Assembly (NCBI RefSeq): GCF_001194135.2
Contig: NC_068988.1
Span: 8,071,744-8,128,841, forward strand
Origin: Octopus bimaculoides
Taxonomy: Eukaryota
Direction of reading: 5' to 3'
Length of the DNA stretch: 57,098 bases
Under the pieces are notes generated by a model. The model saw only the letters and a list, made by a program, of their open reading frames with translations. It did not search any database and was not told the origin of the DNA. Shown here piece by piece: positions 35,995 through 48,180 of the stretch. Numbering within the stretch: position 1 is the first letter of the stretch; every line of letters begins with the position of its first letter. A program made the position numbers and the translations under genes.

Positions 35995-36273
35995 TCTTGT
36001 TTGTTGTTAACACAACGTTTCGGCTGATATACCCTCCAGCCTTCATCAGATGTCCTGGGGAAATTTCGAACCTAGGTTCTCATTCCTAAGATATTTTTCG
36101 ATCTTCTTCTTCTTCTTCTTCTTCTTCTTCTTCTTCTTCTTCTTCTTCTTCTTCTTCTTCTTCTTCTTCTTCTTCTTCTTCTTCTTCTTCTCCTTCTTCT
36201 TCAGGTCACTGCCTGGAATCGAACTCGGAATCTTGGGGTTAGTAGCGTGCACTCTACACTACTACACCATATG

Positions 36274-36276
<3 letters not shown>
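35995..36276 (-). mobile_element. tRNA-headed SINE-like element with internal (GAA)n and 3' hammerhead
   Basis: Minus strand A-box-like TGGTGTAGTAG, B-box GTTCGATTCC (36224-36215), (GAA)n, then HHR. Confidence 0.7.
36009..36054 (-). ncRNA. Minimal type I hammerhead ribozyme (core nucleotides intact, one extra A)
   Basis: GACAU-CUGAUGA-A-GGCUG GAGGGUAUAU CAGCC-GAAA-CG-UU-GUGUU; stem III reduced to palindrome ACGU; predicted cleavage between 36014 and 36013. Confidence 0.75.
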
Positions 36277-36323
<47 letters not shown>

Positions 36324-36477
36324 TGTGTGTGTGTGCGTGTTAGCTCAGGAGAGAAGGCGATTCCCATGACTCTTTGCAGGTTCTCCAAAACTACTGGAAC
36401 GAAGGAAGGAATCTTCAAAACAGAAACCTGACTCGAAAGATTCCAACGGATTTGACCTCGCTAAAATTATGCACCTA

Positions 36478-36641
36478 TACGAAGGGGCTGCAGAAAAGTT
36501 CCTGGCTTTAAGGGTATCGCGAAAAGCTTGGCTGGAGACCCAACCTTCCAAGTTATTTTAAAGGGCTTAGAAAAACTGAAGGACCGCTGTAATAACTGTG
36601 TGAATCTTAGAGGGGAATATGATTCTCAGCTGCCCCTCGTG
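36478..36641. mobile_element. Tc1/mariner-type MITE
   Basis: TACGAAGGGGCTGCAGAAAAGTTCCTGGCTT ... TCAGCTGCCCCTCGT (TIRs); TA at left end. Confidence 0.75.
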
Positions 36642-38313
36642 TGAACCTTAAACGACAGTAGCGATGTTTATAAACGAGATTTGATTGGTACCTCTAAGTG
36701 CTCCATGCTAACGCATAGAAGAAATAATTTCGTATTTTTTAGAGAGCATAACTTAAGGCATTCGTTACCAGTGGTGGATATCACAACCGCTTTATTTTGG
36801 GTGTAAAATTCTTCGAAGTTGTATCTGCCATGCAAGGAGCTATGTTGCTTTGGTTAGATTCACAAATTACTTCGTTTTTCATTCTAAAATCGTGGGTGTA
36901 ATTTCTCAAGCCAAATACAGATACATGCTCAGAGCAAAACCACTTCCCAAGTAATTTTTTTTTACCATGTTGGTTGTTAAAACATCTAATGTTGTCATTT
37001 TGTTTTTTTAATGAAAAAAATAACATCACTAAAATACAGAAATGTAATTAATTTAGCTTTCAGAATTATTTTCTTTATTAATTATTTTCATTTGTGTTAT
37101 TTTTAATAATTGTTTGGCTTCATATTTTGCTGTTGTTAGGTTTTTGTTTCGTTTTTTTATCTTGTCTTTTTCTTTTGTTCTTATTTTCATTTTGTTGGAA
37201 AAGTGAAATTAAGATCGCATATACAAGGTCGATTTAAAGGAGGGAAAACGTATCCTCTGGGTATGCATTTGAAATTTATATTGCTTTTCTTTAAGAATTT
37301 ATCTTGAGTAACAAAGCAATACAACTGAAAGTGTTGTTACCATTCCATTCCATTGATACACTTAAGTTCTTGTTCCTCTTCTGTAACCTTGTACAATCCT
37401 CAACAAACAGACATTTAGCTCAGAGACGACCGAATAACTTGGTACAACCCTCAGATCAAAAGATCTAGTAATGCTATTCTTCTTGTTCACATTCAACACG
37501 CTATACTTATTTGCAATGTTGCAATGTTGCACTCTGGTCATATTGTGCAGTTTGCTTTGCTCAATTTGATATTGTACTCGTACTCATACTACACGGACCA
37601 CAGAGTTGTCCCCCTTAGCCCCAGTTCGGATCTTCTACACAGTTCGACTTTGACAGTTTTACGTCCGAAATCTATAGGCGCAATATCAGATCAGTGTTGT
37701 TTTATCTAATACAGTGTGTCGATGCGAAATATAATCTCCGGACAAATGCCGCAGTAAATTTGGCTTTTCGCGATGTATTTGCGTTAAGTATGATACACAG
37801 ATATCTATTTTAATCTCATTCTGGTTTGGTTGCACATAATAAATATATTACGGTCTTTTTTTTTTTTTGACGATTTAAAATTTCTTTCTAGAAGGTCAAA
37901 TGAAATATGAGTAGACCTGTTTATGAGTGTGTATATATGTAGAATATTGAAACACTTAAAAAAATTAAAAGAATGTATATACTACACAAATACACACACA
38001 TATATGATATATGCATATATGTATAGACAGAGGAGGGAGGGAAGGAAAGAGGGACAGCGAGAGAGAGGATGAAGAGAGAGACGACAGACATAGACAAAGG
38101 ACGCTGCCGGAAACTGGATTAACTCAAACATACATGAAAATTATTTTATGATATATATATATATATATATANNNNNNNNNNNNNNNNNNNNNNNNNNNNN
38201 NNNNNNNNNNNNNNNNNNNNNNNNNNNNNNNNNNNNNNNNNNNNNNNNNNNNNNNNNNNNNNNNNNNNNNNNNNNNNNNNNNNNNNNNNNNNNNNNNNNN
38301 NNNNNNNNNNNNN

Positions 38314-38600
38314 CAGGTGTATAAACAACAAACAGGTATATTAGTTTGACGCTCGGGAAAGTAAAAATGTTTTTTACATTTCGAGCCTACGCTCTTCCAC
38401 AGAAAGGAACACATAAAGAAACAAGGAGAGAAAAAAATGTGTATATATATAGTTGAAATTTACAGAAAATCAAAAGACAAAGACAGGTGTATAAACAACA
38501 AACAGGTATATTAGTTTGACGCTCGGGAAAGTAAAAATGTTTTTTACATTTCGAGCCTACGCTCTTCAACAGAAAGGAATACGAGGAAATGAAAAGAGAG
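38314..38600 (-). mobile_element. Tandem dimer of repeat family P (170-bp period)
   Basis: 38314-38397 identical to 38484-38567; HHR-like motifs at 38407-38371 and 38577-38541. Confidence 0.8.
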
Positions 38601-39244
38601 AGAATAAAAAGACTTGTGGAGTTAGCGGTCAATCTTGTGTGAGTGAGTGTGTGCGTGTGTGTATTGCATATGTATGTATGCATGTATATACGTATGTATG
38701 TATGTATATATCACGTGAGTTTCTCGTTGATATTTTCATGGTTTATATATCACTACATATGAAACACCCGCGCGCGTGTGTGTGTGTATACTTCACGCTC
38801 GAATATTCTTAAGTTGACGTACGTACATTCTACAAATTACATATTCGTGCATCTAAGATATTTTTTAATTGCATTTCCCCTATTTGTACAGCATAAACTT
38901 CATATTCCTATATACACGCAAGTCTAATTGCTTATTACTAAATTGGTATTTCTTATTGTTTTCTGTTCATACATCGCTAATCAATATATCTTCAATTACA
39001 CAAACTGCACACTTTTAATTACACACTGGTAATTACACATCATTAATTACGCATTTTAAACCCACCACTTACATTCACTCACCTTTCACTGACTACTTTC
39101 AGACATTTATAAATCTGGTCCTTGCATGACCGTATCGCTAAGAAGTTCACGTAGGTCTGCGTTCGATCCCATAACGTGATACGTGTGTCATTCACATGAA
39201 TCACTGCAGCAGCAAAGTTCGCCTCGCTCCGATATTTACACAAC

Positions 39245-40895
39245 GTATCTTCGAAGAGATTTTCTCTCAGGCAAAAATCACAGAATCGTGCCTCTTAACG
39301 ATGTATATACATTTGTATGATTCAAAGACGGCGATTTTAATTTAACGCTGTTTCAATTGCGTTCACTGAGTTTTGTTACCGCTCGGCAATCTTTACGCGA
39401 TGCCAGTGAATGTATTATTCACGAATTTCGTCTTAGCAAGTGACAAGCAAGTGCACATCATTGAAAACCCCCAAATTAAGGTGAAAAATTTCTCTCATTC
39501 TCATGAGTCATTGCTGCGGTGATGTCAGTCTCCTTCTGATAGAAACTCAGTGTTTTTACACAACAAATCTACGAAGAGTTTGTTTTTTTATCTCAGAAAA
39601 TTTCACAGCTTCATGTCTTTTAACAGTGTATATATACATCTATTATGGCAATTTTAATGTAATGTATTTAGATTGCGTTCACAGATTTGTTTTATAATTC
39701 CAGCAAGCTTTTTCCGCAATGACAGGGAATACATTAGGCACTGTTTTTCATATACGTCGAAGCACGAAATTCGCTTTAACAGACGAGAAATGAACGCACG
39801 ACATTGACAAAAGATAAAATGGCCGAAATGTGTCGATCATTCTAAATGCGACTGTCATTCTTAACAGTTCGTCTCGTTCTGATATATACGTGGCCTGATC
39901 AATAAGTATCCGGACTGTTGTCATAGTAACGAAGCTAAATCACGCAGCGTGAGGCCGCTTGGCACAGATTGACTTTGAACTCTGCTGTGCATGTGCACTA
40001 AGTTTTGACATTCTAGCTCACTTCCGCTGTTTACAGCAGTGCTTGGAAAGAATGTGTGTAGCGTGTGATCGTCGCATTGACCATGACAAAGATAGTTGAG
40101 CAGAGAATCTGCATCAAATTTTGCCAAAAGCAAAGTTTAAAAAGTTTTCATTGTTTTGTGCTCCACAAAATCAAGACGAACTTGTGCGACTGAAACCCAG
40201 GTGTTTTGTTTTTTTTTGTGTCAGCTGAAAGCAGTTTTAGTACAACCTTGGCAGACGCGCGTTTCATACCCAAACCTTCAATGATTATGGACTAAACCGA
40301 ACCGTAACTAATCTGCACATCCTCTGATAACTCACGGATGGTGATTCGACGATTTCTCCTCACAGCTGCACGCACATTTGCGATGTTTTTCTCAGTTTTG
40401 CTAGTTGCGGGTCTCCCAGAACGTTCGTCAATATCTACATTTTTTCGGCCATCTTGGAAACGTCTGAACCCCTCATACACTAGTATGCGGCTCATACACT
40501 CCTCTCCATACATTTTCTGCAACTTTGCGCAGGTCTCTGACCAGGTTTCACTGTGACAACTTTCTCTGCCATGGTCAATGCGACGATCACACGTTACACA
40601 CCTTCCTTCTATACATTGCTGTAAACAGTGGAAGTGAGCTTAGTGTGTATGCTCAGCAGTGTTCAAAGTCAATCTTTGCCGAGCAGTTTTACTCTGCATG
40701 CTTTAACTTCGTTATTATGGCAACAGCCTGGATACTCATTGATCAGACCTCGTTCTATGCTCTATCATAACATGTCTATGAAAAAATTTTCTCTCAGACA
40801 AAAATCACAGAATCTTGCCTTCGAACGGAGTATCTACGTTTAATATCACTCGCAATTGGCGATTTTAATTTAATACTATTTCAATTGCGTTCTCT
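39245..40895. repeat. Old about 330-bp tandem repeat (3 unit starts) interrupted by a mariner element
   Basis: TCTCAG..CACAG..GG(C/A)ATTTTAAT..ATTGCGTTC blocks at 39265, 39591 and 40792. Confidence 0.7.
39887..40754. mobile_element. Mariner derivative made of two left ends in inverted orientation
   Basis: TIR TACGTGGCCTGATCAATAAGTATCCGGACTGTTG at left, its reverse complement at right; + arm encodes MTKIVEQRICIKFCQK (ATG 40083); - arm encodes MQKMYGEECMSR..WF-like RRFQDGRKNVDIDERSGRP..RRITIREL (HTH) down to about 40135. Confidence 0.9.
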
Positions 40896-41236
40896 CACCT
40901 CGCTTTAATATACGCAGTGATTTTAATACAAGTATATATAGTGTTATGTCTCAATACTACACAGTGGTTGTGTGAGCATCTCATCCTCGTTGTCACTGTT
41001 ATGTCTCAACGCTACTGCTATCTAGCACCTTCGGATGATCTCTACTTAACCGCTACACAACTGCTACTCGATTGCTACTCAACACCCCTACCACGGCCAG
41101 ACTACCTCTATTTATATGTCTTGGGAGATCCTACTTCTTCGCCCGGGGGTGTCGATATAGTAAGACACATATAGTAAGTCACAGACATATAGTAAGATAC
41201 ACACACACACACACACACACACATATATGTATATAT

Positions 41237-41430
41237 ATAGGTGCAGGAATAGCTGTGTGGTAAGCATAGGCGCAGGAGTGGCAGTGTGGTAAGTAGCTTG
41301 CTTACCAACCACATGGTTCCGGGCTCAGACTCACTGCGTGGCACCTTGGGCAAGTGTCTTCTACTATAGCCTCGAGCCGACCAAAGCCTTGTGGGTGGAT
41401 TTGGTAGAGGGAAACTGAAAGAAGCCCGTC

Positions 41431-41498
<68 letters not shown>

Positions 41499-41718
41499 AT
41501 GTGTGTTTGTGTGTGTGTGTTTGCCCACCACCACCATCGCTTGACAACCGATGGTGATGTGTTTACGTCCCCGTAACTTAGCGGTTTGGCAAAAGAGACC
41601 GATAAAATAAGTACTAGGCTTCCAAAGAATAAGTTCTGGGGTCGATTTGCTCGACTAAAGGCGGTGCTCCAGCATGGCAGCAGTCAAATGACTGAGACAA
41701 GTAAATGAGTTAAAGAGT
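41237..41718 (+). mobile_element. SINE family C, full length with internal (TA/TG)n; 29-nt head duplication
   Basis: Head at 41237 and again at 41266; CORE-like GGCACCTTGGGCAAGTGTCTT; tail GGCGGTGCTCCAGCATGG..GTAAATGAG. Confidence 0.9.
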
Positions 41719-42573
41719 ATATATATTTACCACATCCATCTCGCTATCTGTCTGACTATCAGTCTATCTATCTATCTCTCTATCTGCCTATCTATCTATC
41801 TATTTGCTTATACATCTTCCATTGTCTCCAAAGCCTCACCCCCAAAAAACAAAAAAAAAAAAAAACAATGTTCTGTTATAAACAAAAAACCCCCAAAACA
41901 CCTGTTTTTATATAAATAAGCTAGATCTCTGTATTTTCGCAATTATATTTGACAAGTTCGAAAGACGAACGAAACCGCTAATATATGTATAAAATAAATG
42001 AAAGAAGTTATTCCAAAATTCTGACGACTTTTTTTTCAATATTTACTTCTGTACATCAGACCTANNNNNNNNNNNNNNNNNNNNNNNNNNNNNNNNNNNN
42101 NNNNNNNNNNNNNNNNNNNNNNNNNNNNNNNNNNNNNNNNNNNNNNNNNNNNNNNNNNNNNNNNNNNNNNNNNNNNNNNNNNNNNNNNNNNNNNNNNNNN
42201 NNNNNNNNNNNNNNNNNNNNNNNNNNNNNNNNNNNNNNNNNNNNNNNNNNNNNNNNNNNNNNNNNNNNNNNNNNNNNNNNNNNNNNNNNNNNNNNNNNNN
42301 NNNNNNNNNNNNNNNNNNNNNNNNNNNNNNNNNNNNNNNNNNNNNNNNNNNNNNNNNNNNNNNNNNNNNNNNNNNNNNNNNNNNNNNNNNNNNNNNNNNN
42401 NNNNNNNNNNNNNNNNNNNNNNNNNNNNNNNNNNNNNNNNNNNNNNNNNNNNNNNNNNNNNNNNNNNNNNNNNNNNNNNNNNNNNNNNNNNNNNNNNNNN
42501 NNNNNNNNNNNNNNNNNNNNNNNNNNNNNNNNNNNNNNNNNNNNNNNNNNNNNNNNNNNNNNNNNNNNNNNNN

Positions 42574-42634
<61 letters not shown>

Positions 42635-42868
42635 GTGTGTGTGTATTTCTGTATGTTTATAAATACTGGGTGATGTACTGAATGCCGCAAGCTATAAATT
42701 CGTAATTTATTAAACTTAGAGTCGGAGACACAATTCAAAGTACTTACACATACATACATATATGTATATACTTATGCGTGTGCGAGCATGTATGTATTCA
42801 TGCGTATGTGTGTGTATGTACGTATATATATATATATATATTTATATGTGTATGTATGTATGTGTCAT

Positions 42869-42914
<46 letters not shown>

Positions 42915-43349
42915 CGCGTGTGCGTGTGTGTGTGTGTGTGTGTATTTTATTTTGCTTTCTATCTTCAACTCAAGAAATTAAATTTAATAAATTAACAATT
43001 TATGGCGTGCAGAAAACAGTCCGTCGTCCTTTAACTTAATTATCGAAATTCATGTCACTGACGCCTTTGAATTATCTCCCTTGGCTCTTTTCACTTTTTT
43101 TCATTATGGAAATCATACTTGGCCAAAAGTATTCGTAACTCTTTTTATATCTGTGATAATCTATTCCCTGATTGACAGGTTCGGTTGTACTCTTCTCTGC
43201 CGATGAAATAACTTGATCGAGGCGTATGTTTATAATTCTTTTGTATGTCATCTTTATACTTAGAATTATATTATATTCTGTTTAAAACATATAATTAGAT
43301 AGATAGATAGATAGATGATAGACAGATAGATAGATTGATATAGATAGAT

Positions 43350-43426
<77 letters not shown>

Positions 43427-43777
43427 GAGGAAGGGGAGAGAGGTAGCCAGATATTTCTAACAAAGAAATAGAAGTCTCCATTAAAATAGAACACCATAAT
43501 CCCAAAGAGGGCTCTATGCGGATAAATATAGCTGTAAAGCAAATATGTGTGTGTGTGTGTGTGTGCGCGCGCTTGTGTTTCATGAAAGAAAGATGAATCC
43601 GACAAAACACAGCTTGTCTCACACAGAGATTCCGGGTGAAATGTATCCTGTCAAACCCTTTGCTTTTGATGAAATATTAACACTTTTGAGATCTTTATTT
43701 TCATTGGCCTGATCATACACCTAGAAATTGGGAACCCCATGGCTAAACGGGAATTATACACCTTGGTTTTGTACTCA

Positions 43778-43814
<37 letters not shown>

Positions 43815-45124
43815 NNNNNNNNNNNNNNNNNNNNNNNNNNNNNNNNNNNNNNNNNNNNNNNNNNNNNNNNNNNNNNNNNNNNNNNNNNNNNNNNNNNNNN
43901 NACATATATACCTCACTGGTCGGAAAGGAAATGAATGCAATGACTCTAGACAATGTAAGCAGTGTGTGTCATTGGATATCTGTGATGAAGTAAAGAGAGG
44001 AGCCTGTTTTGAATTTCTCAAGATAAATTTGTGCATGTGTCGCTACGCTGAAATCAGTTCATTATTTTTATTTAGGATTAGCGTAAGGTGGTACAGATGT
44101 AAAGTTTTTCTGCAAGACACTGATTGCAGCGTTTTGATCTGTTCATAAATGAAACCAACACAAAGAAAAATAACAGCTATGAAGCATAGTACAGTGTAAC
44201 ATTTATGACGAATGTAAATACCTTGTCAACGAAAGATAGCATTAATCTGACAGAAGGACGAAAAAAATATTAACAAAACTTTGCGTATTTAATCCTGCCA
44301 AATGTGACTTTGATGTAAGAGAAACGGTCTTAAATGAGATAAACACTGATACAGAGTTATCAAAAAATGTTGTATCTATGGAACATCCCAACGTCATTCA
44401 TCAAGTGATTCCAAAACGAAAGCAAATTCAAAAATATCCAATTCTAAGTTGCCTACCGTGAGATACAAAAAGAACTTTTTTCAGTTTTTTCAGTTCATCG
44501 TACTTCGAAACGAAAAACTCCAGAACCTTCCGTCTCAGTAAACCACTTTATTGTCCCTGTTTTTTAATATTTACTACGGATTGCTTGAAGCTAACTACCT
44601 TCCTACACCTCCATCCTTGGATAAGGTCTAGTCTTCAACTTAGCAAATATTTGTAAAGAATTGGAATGTTTACGATTCAAGTTATTTGCTTACAGCATCA
44701 CCAATATTGTTTGAGACAATTGAAGAAGTAGTAATTTCGTACTTCGTCATCAATAGTTAAGATGGGGGTTTTTTTAAAGTTCTAGAAGTGACGGAACCAT
44801 GTGGTTTGAAAAACATGTAAGTGTTAATACTTTGTAGCTTCATTATCTTTTAAACAGTTTTAATTTAGCTTTAATCGTAGCAAGATTTTATTTTTAAAAA
44901 TAGTTAATTACAAGTATACTTTTATTAGTTCCTATTTAATAAATTTAATGTTTCTATTAGTTACTGGTAAGTTTACATTAAAGCTTCTAAGGGTAATATA
45001 TATTAACGAGTGTGTAGTGTTTTTATTATTAATTTGGATTATGAAATAATGCATTTCACTCATAATTATTTTATTATTCGTTAAATTAAATTCAATTGTG
45101 TTTTGTTTTGGAGAGAATTGAAAT

Positions 45125-45475
45125 AAAGTTTTCACTTTCTGTTGTTATAGTTGTAACTATGGAAGACTGATGGGATCATTATTTGTATGGACTTTAAGAT
45201 TGGTCGCTATTTAGTATTTAATTTAGTTATTGTAGGTTTACTATTAATACCGATACAGTTGTACATAGATTTATGTGTTTCTTGTTGTGATTTAACTTAA
45301 AAGTTAGAGTTTAAACCTGCTTATATGTAGATTGAATGAATGTGGTTATTAAGCTTTCACTTTCATTATACTATGGAAGACTGTAGGGAATATATGCATG
45401 ATTTAAAGGTTTGGTTGCTGTTTAGCTACATATTTAGGAGTTGTTTACTGATTTACTTATTTACTACGATAATAG
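45125..45475 (+). repeat. About 214-bp diverged tandem duplication
   Basis: CTATGGAAGACTG at 45157 and 45371, each preceded by TTTCACTTTC and followed by GGT(C/T)GCT(A/G)TTTAG. Confidence 0.65.
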
Positions 45476-45574
45476 CAGCAAGCATGTAATTCTCTTAATC
45501 TCTAGTTCTGATGAAAAATTTGCTAAAAAAATTATAATGGAGTATACTGTATGTTGAACATTTATATTTTCTTA

Positions 45575-45661
45575 TGCATCCGAGGAAGGCGATGTATTTC
45601 AAATTGATGTAATGCCTGCATTGATCGATTAAATGGAGCCGCCTGAAACGGCCGTAATGCA
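45575..45661 (+). ncRNA. Type I hammerhead-like ribozyme with extended stem II (U4C)
   Basis: UGCAU/AUGCA stem I, CCGAGGA, AGGCG/CGCCU stem II capped by a further hairpin, GAAA 45645-45648, stem III palindrome ACGGCCGU, GUA cleavage after 45656. Confidence 0.7.
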
Positions 45662-45795
45662 CTAATGTCTTGACATCTTTCTTACTTATTTACATTTTAT
45701 CCACCTTACCTCGAGCTGTGCGGACCAAACCGGACTGGTTTGATGCCTCAACTTAAGTGCCTAATTCAGCTGAATCTTAGTTATCTCTTATATAC

Positions 45796-45856
<61 letters not shown>

Positions 45857-45859
45857 TTT

Positions 45860-46000
45860 GTTTGTCCCCCACAACCGCTTGACAACTGTCGTTGGTGTGT
45901 TTACGTCCCAGTAGGTAAGCGGTTCGGTGAAAGAGACCGATAGAATAAGTACCAGGCTTAAAACAAAAAACAAGTATTAAGGTCGATTCATTCGACTAAA
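45860..46000 (+). mobile_element. SINE family C 3' fragment
   Basis: CGCTTGACAACTGTCGTTGGTGTGTTTACGTCCC...GACCGATAGAATAAGTAC. Confidence 0.85.
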
Positions 46001-46670
46001 NNNNNNNNNNNNNNNNNNNNNNNNNNNNNNNNNNNNNNNNNNNNNNNNNNNNNNNNNNNNNNNNNNNNNNNNNNNNNNNNNNNNNNNNNNNNNNNNNNNN
46101 NNNNNNNNNNNNNNNNNNNNNNNNNNNNNNNNNNNNNNNNNNNNNNNNNNNNNNNNNNNNNNNNNNNNNNNNNNNNNNNNNNNNNNNNNNNNNNNNNNNN
46201 NNNNNNNNNNNNNNNNNNNNNNNNNNNNNNNNNNNNNNNNNNNNNNNNNNNNNNNNNNNNNNNNNNNNNNNNNNNNNNNNNNNNNNNNNNNNNNNNNNNN
46301 NNNNNNNNNNNNNNNNNNNNNNNNNNNNNNNNNNNNNNNNNNNNNNNNNNNNNNNNNNNNNNNNNNNNNNNNNNNNNNNNNNNNNNNNNNNNNNNNNNNN
46401 NNNNNNNNNNNNNNNNNNNNNNNNNNNNNNNNNNNNNNNNNNNNNNNNNNNNNNNNNNNNNNNNNNNNNNNNNNNNNNNNNNNNNNNNNNNNNNNNNNNN
46501 NNNNNNNNNNNNNNNNNNNNNNNNNNNNNNNNNNNNNNNNNNNNNNNNNNNNNNNNNNNNNNNNNNNNNNNNNNNNNNNNNNNNNNNNNNNNNNNNNNNN
46601 NNNNNNNNNNNNNNNNNNNNNNNNNNNNNNNNNNNNNNNNNNNNNNNNNNNNNNNNNNNNATAGATAGAT

Positions 46671-46701
<31 letters not shown>

Positions 46702-46863
46702 CGCAACAACATATGCGTTATATGTGCATATGAATATAGTTAGTGAGATGGGTAGACAGAGAGACAGACAAACAGAGAGAGATAGACACATAGACAGACA
46801 GGCAGACTGATAGATACATACATGCATACATACATACATACATGGACAGACAGGCGGGTGGAC

Positions 46864-46908
<45 letters not shown>

Positions 46909-46923
46909 GTCAGACAGACAGAC

Positions 46924-46958
<35 letters not shown>

Positions 46959-47802
46959 GAGGGAGAGAGGGAGAGAGAGAGAGAGAGAGANNNNNNNNNN
47001 NNNNNNNNNNNNNNNNNNNNNNNNNNNNNNNNNNNNNNNNNNNNNNNNNNNNNNNNNNNNNNNNNNNNNNNNNNNNNNNNNNNNNNNNNNNNNNNNNNNN
47101 NNNNNNNNNNNNNNNNNNNNNNNNNNNNNNNTGTGTGTGTGTGTGTGTTCTACTTCCTAAAAAATAAAGCTTCGGAACCTGGAATCCTTCCAAATAGTTT
47201 GGATGTTTTACTTAAGTTAAGGATTTTGGTTTTTATTAATTAATTTCTTTTTGTGTGCGAAGTATATTTGTAGTCTTTCTTAAGATAAACACACAAACGC
47301 ACACACATACAACCCACAACACACCTACATTACACACATACAACCCACAACACACCTACATTACACACATAAATGTGTATTTGTGTGTGCGTATGTATGC
47401 TTGTGTGCATACGAACTCATACAGAAAGAGGGAGAGATTTACAGACAGAGACAGAGAGAGAAAAGCACACAGTTGTGTGTGTGTGGTCGCTTTATTTTGA
47501 ATTCTTTCAATAAAAAAATATGGTAATGTATTCTTTTTTTCCCTTTTCCGCTTTACGTATTGAATTTCCACAGCATGTGTTAGTTGGTCAGTTCCTTCTA
47601 ATGTAAACATTGCGACGGAGTTTCTTTATTTCGCCAATGAAAGACATTAATTCGTGAACGATCGTTGGTCCATCTGGAAATGCAAGCAGGGAGGAATAAA
47701 AGCAGTAACGTTCGTGCTTTGTCGAAATATGGGAGTGGAGCCGGCTTTGTTGGCCAGTGGGCCCCTGGTTGTGCCGCCCTGAGGAAGGTTATGTTAGACA
47801 GG

Positions 47803-47863
<61 letters not shown>

Positions 47864-47909
47864 TGATAGATAGATACGTACGTACGTACGTACATACGTA
47901 GATAGGTAC

Positions 47910-47969
<60 letters not shown>

Positions 47970-48005
47970 AGAAACAGTCAGACAGGTAGGCAGGCAGATA
48001 AATAA

Positions 48006-48039
<34 letters not shown>

Positions 48040-48180
48040 TAGCTGGTACTTAATTTATCAACCCTGAAAGGATGAAAGGCAAAGTCGACCCCTGTGGAAT
48101 TTGAACTCAGAACGTAAAGATAAACGAAATACCGCCAAGCATTTCGCCCGGTGTGCTAACGTTTCTGCTAAGCTCACCGG
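48040..48180 (-). mobile_element. SINE family A 5' part
   Basis: GGATGAAAGGCAAAGTCGAC..GGAATTTGAACTCAGAACG. Confidence 0.85.

Noticed and set aside
36200-36276. tRNA-like segments (here and in SINE A/B/C heads) as tRNA genes
   Set aside because: A/B boxes only; no complete cloverleaf or acceptor stem; they continue into SINE bodies
43966-44460. Cys-containing ORF 43966-44148 and downstream frames
   Set aside because: No recognisable motif; multiple stops in continuation
47571-47660. Exon after strong acceptor ...TTTCCACAG|
   Set aside because: All three frames stop within 27 codons; no homology recognised
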